Assembly: GCA_964057225.1 (NCBI GenBank)
Contig: OZ059900.1
Span: 8,742,001-8,806,000, forward strand
Origin: Auanema rhodensis
Lineage: Eukaryota; Animalia; Nematoda
Direction: 5' to 3'
DNA length: 64,000 bases
Below the pieces are notes generated by a model that saw nothing but the letters and a program-made list of their open reading frames with translations, did no database searches and was not told the DNA's origin. Each line of letters opens with the position of its first letter. Position 1 is the first letter of the stretch. The translations under genes and the position numbers were made by a program. Below are positions 28,901-44,600 of the stretch, piece by piece.

Positions 28901-29121
28901 TGATATTTTCGGTCCTTTTTGACCAAAGTGGTTAAAATTGAACATATATATGTGAAAATAGTCAAAGTTTATGAATCCTGAATTTCAAATCCATATCTCA
29001 AAGGGTCTGATCAAAACATACAGTTTTCACATGTTTTGTACCCAAAATCGTTGAATATATGGCGTTTTGAGCATAAAAAGGCCCATATTTCAATCAGTTT
29101 TGATATTCGTGCAAAATACAC
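25990..29121. repeat. 4-mer followed by a 2-mer duplication (gatccaaaggtt/accaacaa subfamily)
   Basis: gatccaaagg units lie at 26338, 27730 and 28426 (spacings 1392 and 696), and each is followed by a ttagcc-tgtc unit. Confidence 0.8.
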
Positions 29122-32100
29122 CTATATGAACATTCTTTGACAGTATTTCATACATTTAGTCGTTTTAGAAGAAAAAAATATGCTTAAGATCAAAAGTTTG
29201 ACTGATTTTGCCAAAATGCCCTTCAAACCCCAAAAAACCAATAATTCTTGATATTTTCGGTCCTTTTTAACCAAAGTGGTTAAAATTGGACATATATATG
29301 TAAAAATAGTCGAAGTTTATGAATCCTGAATTTCAAATCCATATCTCAAAGGGTCTGATCAAAACATACAGTTTTCACATGTTTTGTACCCAAAATCGTT
29401 GAATATATGGCGTTTTGAGCATAAAAAGGCCCATATTTCAATCAGTTTTGATATTCGTGCAAAATACACCTATATGAACATTCTATGACAGTATTTCATA
29501 CATTTAGTCGTTTTAGAAGAAAAAAATATGCTTAAGATCAAAAGTTTGACTGATTTAGCCAAAATGTCCTTCAAACCCCAAAAAACTAATAATTCTTGAT
29601 ATTTTCGGTCCTTTTCGACCAAAGTGGTTAGAATTGGACATATATATGTAGAAATAGTCGAAGTTTATGAATCCTGAATTTCAAATCCATATCTCAAAGG
29701 GTCTGATCAAAACATACAGTTTTCACATGTTTTGTACCCAAAATCGTTGAATATATGGCGTTTTGAGCATAAAAAGGCCCATATTTCAATCAGTTTTGAT
29801 ATTCGTGCAAAATACACCTATATGAACATTCAATGACGGTATTTCATACATTTAGTCGTTTTAGAAGAAAAAAATATGCTTAAGATCAAAAGTTTGACTG
29901 ATTTAGCCAAAATGTCCTTCAAACCCCAAAAAACCAATAATTCTTGATATTTTCGGTCCTTTTTGACCAAAGTGGTTAAAAATGAACATATATCTGTGAA
30001 AATAGTCAAAGTTTATAAATCCTGAATTTCAAATCCATATCTCAAAGGGTCTGAACAAAACATACAGTTTTCACATGTTTTGTACCCAAAATCGTTGAAT
30101 ATATGGCGTTTTGAGCATAAAAAGGCCCATATTTCAATCAGTTTTGATATTCGTGCAAAATACACTTATATCAACATTCTATGACAGTATTCCATACATT
30201 TAGTCGTTTTAGAAGAAAAAAATATGCTTAAGATCAAAAGTTTGACTGATTTAGCCAAAATGCCCTTCAAACCCCAAAAAACTAATAATTCTTGATATTT
30301 TCGGTCCTTTTCGACCAAAGTGGTTAGAATTGGACATATATATGTAGAAATAGTCGAAGTTTATGAGTCCTGAATTTCAAATCCATATCTCAAAGGGTCT
30401 GATCAAAACATACAGTTTTCACATGTTTTGTACCCAAAATCGTTGAATATATGGCGTTTTGAGCATAAAAAGGCCCATATTTCAATCAGTTTTGATATTC
30501 GTGCAAAATACACCTATATGAACATTCAATGACGGTATTTCATACATTTAGTCGTTTTAGAAGAAAAAAATATGCTTAAGATCAAAAGTTTGACTGATTT
30601 TGCCAAAATGCCCTTCAATCCCCAAAAAACCAATAATTCTTGATATTTTCGGTCCTTTTTGACCAAAGTGGTTAAAATTGGACATATATATGTGAAAATA
30701 GTCGAAGTTTATGAATCCTGAATTTCAAATCCATATCTCAAAGGGTCTGATCAAAACATACAGTTTTCACATGTTTTGTACCCAAAATCGTTGAATATAT
30801 GGCGTTTTGAGCATAAAAAGGCCCATATTTCAATCAGTTTTGATATTCGTGCAAAATACACCTATATGAACATTTTTTGACAGTATTTCATACATTTAGT
30901 CGTTTTAGAAGAAAAAAATATGCTTAAGATCAAAAGTTTGACTGATTTTGCCAAAATGCCCTTCAAACCCCAAAAAACCAATAATTCTTGATATTTTCGG
31001 TCCTTTTTAACCAAAGTGGTTAAAATTGGACATATACATGTAAAAATAGTCGAAGTTTATGAATCCTGAATTTCAAATCCATATCTCAAAGGGTCTGATC
31101 AAAACATACAGTTTTCACATGTTTTGTACCCAAAATCGTTGAATATATGGCGTTTTGAGCATAAAAAGGCCCATATTTCAATCAGTTTTGATATTCGTGC
31201 AAAATACACCTATATGAACATTCTATGACAGTATTTCATACATTTAGTCGTTTTAGAAGAAAAAAATATGCTTAAGATCAAAAGTTTAACTGATTTTGCC
31301 AAAATGCCCTTCAATCCCCAAAAAACCAATAATTCTTGATATTTTCGGTCCTTTTTGACCAAAGTGGTTGAAATTGGACATTTATATGTAAAAATAGTCA
31401 AAATTTATGAATCCTGAATTTCAAATCCATATCTCAAAGGGTCTGATCAAAACATACAGTTTTCACATGTTTTGTACCCAAAATCGTTGAATATATGGCG
31501 TTTTGAGCATAAAAAGGCCCATATTTCAATCAGTTTTGATATTCGTGCAAAATACACCTATATGAACATTCTATGACAGTATTTCATACATTTAGTCGTT
31601 TTAGAAGAAAAAAATATGCTTAAGATCAAAAGTTTGACTGATTTAGCCAAAATGTCCTTCAAACCCCAAAAAACCAATAATTCTTGATATTTTCGGTCCT
31701 TTTTGACCAAAGTGGTTAAAAATGAACATATATCTGTGAAAATAGTCAAAGTTTATAAATCCTGAATTTCAAATCCATATCTCAAAGGGTCTGAACAAAA
31801 CATACAGTTTTCACATGTTTTGTACCCAAAATCGTTGAATATATGGCGTTTTGAGCATAAAAAGGCCCATATTTCAATCAGTTTTGATATTCGTGCAAAA
31901 TACACTTATATCAACATTCTATGACAGTATTCCATACATTTAGTCGTTTTAGAAGAAAAAAATATGCTTAAGATCAAAAGTTTGACTGATTTAGCCAAAA
32001 TGCCCTTCAAACCCCAAAAAACTAATAATTCTTGATATTTTCGGTCCTTTTCGACCAAAGTGGTTAGAATTGGACATATATATGTAGAAATAGTCGAAGT

Positions 32101-35037
32101 TTATGAATCCTGAATTTCAAATCCATATCTCAAAGGGTCTGATCAAAACATACAGTTTTCACATGTTTTGTACCCAAAATCGTTGAATATATGGCGTTTT
32201 GAGCATAAAAAGGCCCATATTTCAATCAGTTTTGATATTCGTGCAAAATACACCTATATGAACATTTTTTGACAGTATTTCATACATTTAGTCGTTTTAG
32301 AAGAAAAAAATATGCTTAAGATCAAAAGTTTGACTGATTTAGCCAAAATGTCCTTCAAACCCCAAAAAACCAATAATTCTTGATATTTTCGGTCCTTTTT
32401 GACCAAAGTGGTTAAAATTGGACATATATATGTAAAAATAGTCGAAGTTTATGAATCCTGAAGTTCAAATCCATATCTCAAAGGGTCTGATCAAAACATA
32501 CAGTTTTCACATGTTTTGTACCCAAAATCGTTGAATATATGGCGTTTTGAGCATAAAAAGGCCCATATTTCAATCAGTTTAGATATTCGTGCAAAATACA
32601 CCTATATGAACATTTTTTGACAGTATTTCATACATTTAGTCGTTTTAGAAGAAAAAAATATGCTTAAGATCAAAAGTTTGACTGATTTAGCCAAAATGTC
32701 CTTCAAACCCCAAAAAACCAATAATTCTTGATATTTTCGGTCCTTTTTGACCAAAGTGGTTAAAATTGGACATATATATGTGAAAATAGTCGAAGTTTAT
32801 GAATCCTGAATTTCAAATCCATATCTCAAAGGGTCTGATCAAAACATACAGTTTTCACATGTTTTGTACCCAAAATCGTTGAATATATGGCGTTTTGAGC
32901 ATAAAAAGGCCCATATTTCAATCAGTTTTGATATTCGTGCAAAATACACCTATATGAACATTCTATGACAGTATTTCATACATTTAGTCGTTTTAGAAGA
33001 AAAAAATATGCTTAAGATCCAAAGGTTGACTGATTTTGCCAAAATGCCCTTCAATCCCCAAAAAACCAACAATTCTTGATATTTTCGGTCCTTTTTGACC
33101 AAAGTGGTTAAAATTGGACATATATATGTAAAAATAGTCAAAGTTTATGAATCCTCAATTTCAAATCCATATCTCAAAGGGTCTGATCAAAACATACAGT
33201 TTTCACATGTTTTGTACCCAAAATCGTTGAATATATGGCGTTTTGAGCATAAAAAGGCCCATATTTCAATCAGTTTTGATATTCGTGCAAAATACACTTA
33301 TATCAACATTCTATGACAGTATTCCATACATTTAGTCGTTTTAGAAGAAAAAAATATGCTTAAGATCAAAAGTTTGACTGATTTAGCCAAAATGCCCTTC
33401 AAACCCCAAAAAACTAATAATTCTTGATATTTTCGGTCCTTTTCGACCAAAGTGGTTAGAATTGGACATATATATGTAGAAATAGTCGAAGTTTATGAAT
33501 CCTGAATTTCAAATCCATATCTCAAAGGGTCTGATCAAAACATACAGTTTTCACATGTTTTGTACCCAAAATCGTTGAATATATGGCGTTTTGAGCATAA
33601 AAAGGCCCATATTTCAATCAGTTTTGATATTCGTGCAAAATACACCTATATGAACATTCAATGACGGTATTTCATACATTTAGTCGTTTTAGAAGAAAAA
33701 AATATGCTTAAGATCAAAAGTTTGACTGATTTTGCCAAAATGCCCTTCAATCCCCAAAAAACCAATAATTCTTGATATTTTCGGTCCTTTTTGACCAAAG
33801 TGGTTAAAATTGGACATATATATGTGAAAATAGTCGAAGTTTATGAATCCTGAATTTCAAATCCATATCTCAAAGGGTCTGATCAAAACATACAGTTTTC
33901 ACATGTTTTGTACCCAAAATCGTTGAATATATGGCGTTTTGAGCATAAAAAGGCCCATATTTCAATCAGTTTTGATATTCGTGCAAAATACACCTATATG
34001 AACATTTTTTGACAGTATTTCATACATTTAGTCGTTTTAGAAGAAAAAAATATGCTTAAGATCAAAAGTTTGACTGATTTTGCCAAAATGCCCTTCAAAC
34101 CCCAAAAAACCAATAATTCTTGATATTTTCGGTCCTTTTTAACCAAAGTGGTTAAAATTGGACATATACATGTAAAAATAGTCGAAGTTTATGAATCCTG
34201 AATTTCAAATCCATATCTCAAAGGGTCTGATCAAAACATACAGTTTTCACATGTTTTGTACCCAAAATCGTTGAATATATGGCGTTTTGAGCATAAAAAG
34301 GCCCATATTTCAATCAGTTTTGATATTCGTGCAAAATACACCTATATGAACATTCTATGACAGTATTTCATACATTTAGTCGTTTTAGAAGAAAAAAATA
34401 TGCTTAAGATCAAAAGTTTGACTGATTTTGCCAAAATGCCCTTCAATCCCCAAAAAACCAATAATTCTTGATATTTTCGGTCCTTTTTGACCAAAGTGGT
34501 TAAAATTGGACATATATATGTGAAAATAGTCGAAGTTTATGAATCCTGAATTTCAAATCCATATCTCAAAGGGTCTGATCAAAACATACAGTTTTCACAT
34601 GTTTTGTACCCAAAATCGTTGAATATATGGCGTTTTGAGCATAAAAAGGCCCATATTTCAATCAGTTTTGATATTCGTGCAAAATACACCTATATGAACA
34701 TTTTTTGACAGTATTTCATACATTTAGTCGTTTTAGAAGAAAAAAATATGCTTAAGATCAAAAGTTTGACTGATTTTGCCAAAATGCCCTTCAAACCCCA
34801 AAAAACCAATAATTCTTGATATTTTCGGTCCTTTTTGACCAAAGTGGTTAAAATTGGACATATATATGTGAAAATAGTCGAAGTTTATGAATCCTGAATT
34901 TCAAATACATATCTCAAAGGGTCTGATCAAAACATACAGTTTTCACATGTTTTGTACCCAAAATCGTTGAATATATGGCGTTTTGAGCATAAAAAGGCCC
35001 ATATTTCAATCAGTTTCGATATTCGTGCAAAATACAC

Positions 35038-37821
35038 CTATATCAACATTCTATGACAGTATTCCATACATTTAGTCGTTTTAGAAGGAAAAAATATGCT
35101 TAAGATCAAAAGTTTGACTGATTTTGCCAAAATGCCCTTCAATCCCCAAAAAACCAATAATTCTTGATATTTTCGGTCCTTTTTGACCAAAGTGGTTAAA
35201 ATTGGACATATATATGTAGAAATAGTCGAAGTTTATGAATCCTGAATTTCAAATCCATATCTCAAAGGGTCTGATCAAAACATACAGTTTTCACATGTTT
35301 TGTACCCAAAATCGTTGAATATATGGCGTTTTGAGCATAAAAAGGCCCATATTTCAATCAGTTTTGATATTCGTGCAAAATACACCTATATCAACATTCT
35401 ATGACAGTATTTCATACATTTGGTCGTTTTAGAAGAAAAAAATATGCTTAAGATCAAAAGTTTGACTGATTTAGCCAAAATGTCCTTCAAACCCCAAAAA
35501 ACCAATAATTCTTGATATTTTCGGTCCTTTTTGACCAAAGTGGTTAAAATTGAACATATATCTGTGAAAATAGTCAAAGTTTATGAATCCTGAATTTCAA
35601 ATCCATATCTCAAAGGGTCTGATCAAAACATACAGTTTTCACATGTTTTGTACCCAAAATCGTTGAATATATGGCGTTTTGAGCATAAAAAGGCCCATAT
35701 TTCAATCAGTTTTGATATTCGTGCAAAATACACCTATATCAACATTCTATGACAGTATTCCATACATTTAGTCGTTTTAGAAGAAAAAAATATGCTTAAG
35801 ATCAAAAGTTTGACTGATTTAGCCAAAATGCCCTTCAAACCCCAAAAAACCAATAATTCTTGATATTTTCGGTCCTTTTTGACCAAAGTGGTTAGAATTG
35901 GACGTATATATGTAGAAATAGTCGAAGTTTATGAATCCTGAATTTCAAATCCATATCTCAAAGGGTCTGATCAAAACATACCGTTTTCACATGTTTTGTA
36001 CCCAAAATCGTTGAATATATGGCGTTTTGAGCATAAAAAGGCCCATATTTCAATCAGTTTTGATATTCGTGCAAAATACACCTATATGAACATTCTTTGA
36101 CAGTATTTCATACATTTAGTCGTTTTAGAAGAAAAAAATATGCTTAAGATCAAAAGTTTGACTGATTTTGCCAAAATGCCCTTCAAACCCCAAAAAACCA
36201 ATAATTCTTGATATTTTCGGTCCTTTTTGACCAAAGTGGTTAAAATTGGACATATACATGTGAAAATAGTCGAAGTTTATGAATCCTGAATTTCAAATCC
36301 ATATCTCAAAGGGTCTGATCAAAACATACAGTTTTCACATGTTTTGTACCCAAAATCGTTGAATATATGGCGTTTTGAGCATAAAAAGGCCCATATTTCA
36401 ATCAGTTTCGATATTCGTGCAAAATACACCTATATCAACATTCTATGACAGTATTCCATACATTTAGTCGTTTTAGAAGGAGAAAATATGCTTAAGATCA
36501 AAAGTTTGACTGATTTTGCCAAAATGCCCTTCAATCCCCAAAAAACCAATAATTCTTGATATTTTCGGTCCTTTTTGACCAAAGTGGTTAAAATTGGACA
36601 TATATATGTAGAAATAGTCGAAGTTTATGAATCCTGAATTTCAAATCCATATCTCAAAGGGTCTGATCAAAACATACAGTTTTCACATGTTTTGTACCCA
36701 AAATCGTTGAATATATGGCGTTTTGAGCATAAAAAGGCCCATATTTCAATCAGTTTTGATATTCGTGCAAAATACACCTATATCAACATTCTATGACAGT
36801 ATTTCATACATTTGGTCGTTTTAGAAGAAAAAAATATGCTTAAGATCAAAAGTTTGACTGATTTAGCCAAAATGTCCTTCAAACCCCAAAAAACCAATAA
36901 TTCTTGATATTTTCGGTCCTTTTTGACCAAAGTGGTTAAAATTGAACATATATCTGTGAAAATAGTCAAAGTTTATGAATCCTGAATTTCAAATCCATAT
37001 CTCAAAGGGTCTGATCAAAACATACAGTTTTCACATGTTTTGTACCCAAAATCGTTGAATATATGGCGTTTTGAGCATAAAAAGGCCCATATTTCAATCA
37101 GTTTTGATATTCGTGCAAAATACACCTATATCAACATTCTATGACAGTATTCCATACATTCAGTCGTTTTAGAAGAAAAAAATATGCTTAAGATCAAAAG
37201 TTTGACTGATTTAGCCAAAATGCCCTTCAAACCCCAAAAAACCAATAATTCTTGATATTTTCGGTCCTTTTTGACCAAAGTGGTTAGAATTGGACGTATA
37301 TATGTAGAAATAGTCGAAGTTTATGAATCCTGAATTTCAAATCCATATCTCAAAGGGTCTGATCAAAACATACAGTTTTCACATGTTTTGTACCCAAAAT
37401 CGTTGAATATATGGCGTTTTGAGCATAAAAAGGCCCATATTTCAATCAGTTTTGATATTCGTGCAAAATACACCTATATCAACATTCTATGACAGTATTT
37501 CATACATTTGGTCGTTTTAGAAGAAAAAAATATGCTTAAGATCAAAAGTTTGACTGATTTAGCCAAAATGTCCTTCAAACCCCAAAAAACCAATAATTCT
37601 TGATATTTTCGGTCCTTTTTGACCAAAGTGGTTAAAATTGAACATATATCTGTGAAAATAGTCAAAGTTTATGAATCCTGAATTTCAAATCCATATCTCA
37701 AAGGGTCTGATCAAAACATACAGTTTTCACATGTTTTGTACCCAAAATCGTTGAATATATGGCGTTTTGAGCATAAAAAGGCCCATATTTCAATCAGTTT
37801 TGATATTCGTGCAAAATACAC
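35038..37821. repeat. 4-mer duplication plus partial extra copy (gaagga / tttggtcg / ggacgt subfamily)
   Basis: gaagga occurs in the units at 35038 and 36430, tttggtcg+atctgtg at 35386, 36778 and 37474, and ggacgtata at 35734 and 37126. Confidence 0.8.
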
Positions 37822-40800
37822 CTATATGAACATTCTATGACAGTATTTCATACATTTAGTCGTTTTAGAAGAAAAAAATATGCTTAAGATCAAAAGTTTG
37901 ACTGATTTTGCCAAAATGCCCTTCAAACCCCAAAAAACCAATAATTCTTGATATTTTCGGTCCTTTTTGACCAAAGTGGTTAAAATTGGACATAAATATG
38001 TAAAATTAGTCAAAGTTTATGAATCCTGAATTTCAAATCCATATCTCAAAGGGTCTGATCAAAACATACAGTTTTCACATGTTTTGTACCCAAAATCGTT
38101 GAATATATGGCGTTTTGAGCATAAAAAGGCCCATATTTCAATCAGTTTTGATATTCGTGCAAAATACACCTATATGAACATTCTTTGACAGTATTTCATA
38201 CATTTAGTCGTTTTAGAAGAAAAAAATATGCTTAAGATCAAAAGTTTGACTGATTTTGCCAAAATGCCCTTCAAACCCCAAAAAACCAATAATTCTTGAT
38301 ATTTTCGGTCCTTTTTGACCAAAGTGGTTAAAATTGGACATATATATGTGAAAATAGTCGAAGTTTATGAATCCTGAATTTCAAATCCATATCTCAAAGG
38401 GTCTGATCAAAACATACAGTTTTCACATGTTTTGTACCCAAAATCGTTGAATATTTGGCGTTTTGAGCATAAAAAGGCCCATATTTCAATCAGTTTTGAT
38501 ATTCGTGCAAAATACACCTATATGAACATTCTATGACAGTATTTCATACATTTAGTCGTTTTAGAAGAAAAAAATATGCTTAAGATCAAAAGTTTGACTG
38601 ATTTTGCCAAAATGCCCTTCAAACCCCAAAAAACCAATAATTCTTGATATTTTCGGTCCTTTTTGACCAAAGTGGTTAAAATTGGACATAAATATGTAAA
38701 ATTAGTCAAAGTTTATGAATCCAGAATTTCAAATCCATATCTCAAAGGGTCTGATCAAAACATACAGTTTTCACATGTTTTGTACCCAAAATCGTTGAAT
38801 ATATGGCGTTTTGAGCATAAAAAGGCCCATATTTCAATCAGTTTCGATATTCGTGCAAAATACACCTATATCAACATTCTATGACAGTATTCCATACATT
38901 TAGTCGTTTTAGAAGAAAAAAATATGCTTAAGATCAAAAGTTTGACTGATTTTGCCAAAATGCCCTTCAATCCCCAAAAAACCAATAATTCTTGATATTT
39001 TCGGTCCTTTTTGACCAAAGTGGTTAAAATTGAACATATATATGTAAAAATAGTCAAAGTTTATGAATCCTGAATTTCAAATCCATATCTCAAAGGGTCT
39101 GATCAAAACATACAGTTTTCACATGTTTTGTACCCAAAATCGTTGAATATATGGCGTTTTGAGCATAAAAAGGCCCATATTTCAATCAGTTTTGATATTC
39201 GTGCAAAATACACCTATATGAACATTCTTTGACAGTATTTCATACATTTAGTCGTTTTAGAAGAAAAAAATATGCTTAAGATCAAAAGTTTGACTGATTT
39301 TGCCAAAATGCCCTTCAAACCCATAAAAAAACCAATAATTCTTGATATTTTCGGTCCTTTTTGACGAAAGTGGTTAAAATTGGACATATATATGTAGAAA
39401 TAGTCGAAGTTTATGAATCCTGAATTTCAAATCCATATCTCAAAGGGTCTGATCAAAACATACAGTTTTCACATGTTTTGTACCCAAAATCGTTGAATAT
39501 ATGGCGTTTTGAGCATAAAAAGGCCCATATTTCAATCAGTTTTGATATTCGTGCAAAATACACCTATATGAACATTCTTTGACAGTATTTCATACATTTA
39601 GTCGTTTTAGAAGAAAAAAATTTGCTTAAGATCAAAAGTTTGACTGATTTAGCCAAAATGCCCTTCAAACCCCAAAAAACCAATAATTCTTGATATTTTC
39701 GGTCCTTTTTGACCAAAGTGGTTAAAATTGAACATATTTATGTAAAAATAGTCAAAGTTTATGAATCCTGAATTTCAAATCCATATATCAAAGGGTCTGA
39801 TCAAAACATACAGTTTTCACATGTTTTGTACCCAAAATCGTTGAATATATGGCGTTTTGAGCATAAAAAGGCCCATATTTCAATCAGTTTTGATATTCGT
39901 GCAAAATACACCTATATGAACATTCTTTGACAGTATTTCATACATTTAGTCGTTTTAGAAGAAAAAAATATGCTTAAGATCAAAAGTTTGACTGATTTTG
40001 CCAAAATGCCCTTCAAACCCCAAAAAACCAATAATTCTTGATATTTTCGGTCCTTTTTGACCAAAGTGGTTAAAATTGGACATATATATGTGAAAATAGT
40101 CGAAGTTTATGAATCCTGAATTTCAAATCCATATCTCAAAGGGTCTGATCAAAACATACAGTTTTCACATGTTTTGTACCCAAAATCGTTGAATATATGG
40201 CGTTTTGAGCATAAAAAGGCCCATATTTCAATCAGTTTTGATATTCGTGCAAAATACACCTATATGAACATTCTATGACAGTATTTCATATATTTAGTCG
40301 TTTTAGAAGAAAAAAATATGCTTAAGATCAAAAGTTTGACTGATTTAGCCAAAATGCCCTTCAAACCCCAAAAAACCAATAATTCTTGATATTTTCGGTC
40401 CTTTTTGACCAAAGTGGTTAAAATTGAACATATATATGTAAAAATAGTCAAAGTTTATGAATCCTGAATTTCAAATCCATATATCAAAGGGTCTGATCAA
40501 AACATACAGTTTTCACATGTTTTGTACCCAAAATCGTTGAATATATGGCGTTTTGAGCATAAAAAGGCCCATATTTCAATCAGTTTTGATATTCGTGCAA
40601 AATACACCTATATGAACATTCTTTGACAGTATTTCATACATTTAGTCGTTTTAGAAGAAAAAAATATGCTTAAGATCAAAAGTTTGACTGATTTTGCCAA
40701 AATGCCCTTCAAACCCCAAAAAACCAATAATTCTTGATATTTTCGGTCCTTTTTGACCAAAGTGGTTAAAATTGGACATATATATGTAAAAATAGTCAAA

Positions 40801-41651
40801 GTTTATGAATCCTGAATTTCAAATCCATATATCAAAGGGTCTGATCAAAACATACAGTTTTCACATGTTTTGTACCCAAAATCGTTGAATATATGGCGTT
40901 TTGAGCATAAAAAGGCCCATATTTCAATCAGTTTTGATATTCGTGCAAAATACACCTATATGAACATTCTTTGACAGTATTTCATACATTTAGTCGTTTT
41001 AGAAGAAAAAAATATGCTTAAGATCAAAAGTTTGACTGATTTTGCCAAAATGCCCTTCAAACCCCAAAAAACCAATAATTCTTGATATTTTCGGTCCTTT
41101 TTGACCAAAGTGGTTAAAATTGGACATATATATGTGAAAATAGTCGAAGTTTATGAATCCTGAATTTCAAATCCATATCTCAAAGGGTCTGATCAAAACA
41201 TACAGTTTTCACATGTTTTGTACCCAAAATCGTTGAATATATGGCGTTTTGAGCATAAAAAGGCCCATATTTCAATCAGTTTTGATATTCGTGCAAAATA
41301 CACCTATATGAACATTCTATGACAGTATTTCATATATTTAGTCGTTTTAGAAGAAAAAAATATGCTTAAGATCAAAAGTTTGACTGATTTAGCCAAAATG
41401 CCCTTCAAACCCCAAAAAACCAATAATTCTTGATATTTTCGGTCCTTTTTGACCAAAGTGGTTAAAATTGAACATATATATGTAAAAATAGTCAAAGTTT
41501 ATGAATCCTGAATTTCAAATCCATATATCAAAGGGTCTGATCAAAACATACAGTTTTCACATGTTTTGTACCCAAAATCGTTGAATATATGGCGTTTTGA
41601 GCATAAAAAGGCCCATATTTCAATCAGTTTTGATATTCGTGCAAAATACAC

Positions 41652-44600
41652 CTATATGAACATTCTTTGACAGTATTTCATACATTTAGTCGTTTTAGAA
41701 GAAAAAAATATGCTTAAGATCAAAAGTTTGACTGATTTTGCCAAAATGCCCTTCAAACCCCAAAAAACCAATAATTCTTGATATTTTCGGTCCTTTTTGA
41801 CCAAAGTGGTTAAAATTGGACATATATATGTGAAAATAGTCGAAGTTTATGAATCCTGAATTTCAAATCCATATCTCAAAGGGTCTGATCAAAACATACA
41901 GTTTTCACATGTTTTGTACCCAAAATCGTTGAATATATGGCGTTTTGAGCATAAAAAGGCCCATATTTCAATCAGTTTTGATATTCGTGCAAAATACACC
42001 TATATGAACATTCTATGACAGTATTTCATATATTTAGTCGTTTTAGAAGAAAAAAATATGCTTAAGATCAAAAGTTTGACTGATTTAGCCAAAATGCCCT
42101 TCAAACCCCAAAAAACCAATAATTCTTGATATTTTCGGTCCTTTTTGACCAAAGTGGTTAAAATTGAACATATATATGTAAAAATAGTCAAAGTTTATGA
42201 ATCCTGAATTTCAAATCCATATCTCAAAGGGTCTGATCAAAACATACAGTTTTCACATGTTTTGTACCCAAAATCGTTGAATATATGGCGTTTTGAGCAT
42301 AAAAAGGCCCATATTTCAATCAGTTTTGATATTCGTGCAAAATACACCTATATTAACATTCTATGACAGTATTTCATACATTTAGTCGTTTTAGAAGAGA
42401 AAAATATGCTTAAGATCAAAAGTTTGACTGATTTTGCCAAAATGCCCTTCAATCCCCAAAAAACCAATAATTCTTGATATTTTCGATCCTTTTTGACCAA
42501 AGTGGTTAAAATTGGACATATATATGTAAAAATAGTCAAAGTTTATGAATCCTGAATTTCAAATCCATATCTCAAAGGGTCTGATCAAAACATACAGTTT
42601 TCACATGTTTTGTACCCAAAATCGTTGAATATATGGCGTTTTGAGCATAAAAAGGCCCATATTTCAATCAGTTTTGATATTCGTGCAAAATACACCTATA
42701 TCAACATTCTTTGACAGTATTTCATACATTTAGTCGTTTTAGAAGAAAAAAATATGCTTAAGATCAAAAGTTTGACTGATTTTGCCAAAATGCCCTTCAA
42801 ACCCCAAAAAACCAATAATTCTTGATATTTTCGGTCCTTTTTGACCAAAGTGGTTAAAATTGGACATATATATGTGAAAATAGTCGAAGTTTATGAATCC
42901 TGAATTTCAAATCCATATCTCAAAGGGTCTGATCAAAACATACAGTTTTCACATGTTTTGTACCCAAAATCGTTGAATATATGGCGTTTTGAGCATAAAA
43001 AGGCCCATATTTCAATCAGTTTTGATATTCGTGCAAAATACACCTATATGAACATTCTATGACAGTATTTCATATATTTAGTCGTTTTAGAAGAAAAAAA
43101 TATGCTTAAGATCAAAAGTTTGACTGATTTAGCCAAAATGCCCTTCAAACCCCAAAAAACCAATAATTCTTGATATTTTCGGTCCTTTTTGACCAAAGTG
43201 GTTAAAATTGAACATATATATGTAAAAATAGTCAAAGTTTATGAATCCTGAATTTCAAATCCATATCTCAAAGGGTCTGATCAAAACATACAGTTTTCAC
43301 ATGTTTTGTACCCAAAATCGTTGAATATATGGCGTTTTGAGCATAAAAAGGCCCATATTTCAATCAGTTTTGATATTCGTGCAAAATACACCTATATCAA
43401 CATTCTATGACAGTATTTCATACATTTAGTCGTTTTAGAAGAGAAAAATATGCTTAAGATCAAAAGTTTGACTGATTTTGCCAAAATGCCCTTCAATCCC
43501 CAAAAAACCAATAATTCTTGATATTTTCGGTCCTTTTTGACCAAAGTGGTTAAAATTGAACATATATATGTAAAAATAGTCAAAGTTTATGAATCCTGAA
43601 TTTCAAATCCATATCTCAAAGGGTCTGATCAAAACATACAGTTTTCACATGTTTTGTACCCAAAATCGTTGAATATATGGCGTTTTGAGCATAAAAAGGC
43701 CCATATTTCAATCAGTTTTGATATTCGTGCAAAATACACCTATATCAACATTCTTTGACAGTATTTCATACATTTAGTCGTTTTAGAAGAAAAAAATATG
43801 CTTAAGATCAAAAGTTTGACTGATTTTGCCAAAATGCCTTTCAATCCCCAAAAAACCAATAATTCTTGATATTTTCGGTCCTTTTTGACCAAAGTGGTTA
43901 AAATTGGACATATATATGTGAAAATAGTCGAAGTTTATGAATCCTGAATTTCAAATCCATATCTCAAAGGGTCTGATCAAAACATACAGTATTCACATGT
44001 TTTGTACCCAAAATCGTTGAATATATGGCGTTTTGAGCATAAAAAGGCCCATATTTCAATCAGTTTTGATATTCGTGCAAAATACACCTATATGAACATT
44101 CTATGACAGTATTTCATACATTTAGTCGTTTTAGAAGAAAAAAATATGCTTAAGATCAAAAGTTTGACTGATTTAGCCAAAATGTCCTTCAAACCCCAAA
44201 AAACCAATAATTCTTGATATTTTCGGTCCTTTTTGACCAAAGTGGTTAAAATTGAACATATATCTGTGAAAATAGTCAAAGTTTATGAATCCTGAATTTC
44301 AAATCCATATCTCAAAGGGTCTGATCAAAACATACAGTTTTCACATGTTTTGTACCCAAAATCGTTGAATATATGGCGTTTTGAGCATAAAAAGGCCCAT
44401 ATTTCAATCAGTTTCGATATTCGTGCAAAATACACCTATATCAACATTCTATGACAGTATTCCATACATTTAGTCGTTTTAGAAGAAAAAAATATGCTTA
44501 AGATCAAAAGTTTGACTGATTTTGCCAAAATGCCCTTCAATCCCCAAAAAACCAATAATTCTTGATATTTTCGGTCCTTTTTGACCAAAGTGGTTAAAAT

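Noticed and set aside
18944-38884. Isolated + strand ORFs of 71-73 aa (18944, 33095, 38663) and a 65-aa minus ORF (19421)
   Set aside because: Each arises from a single point mutation removing one stop in one monomer. They are not independent genes.
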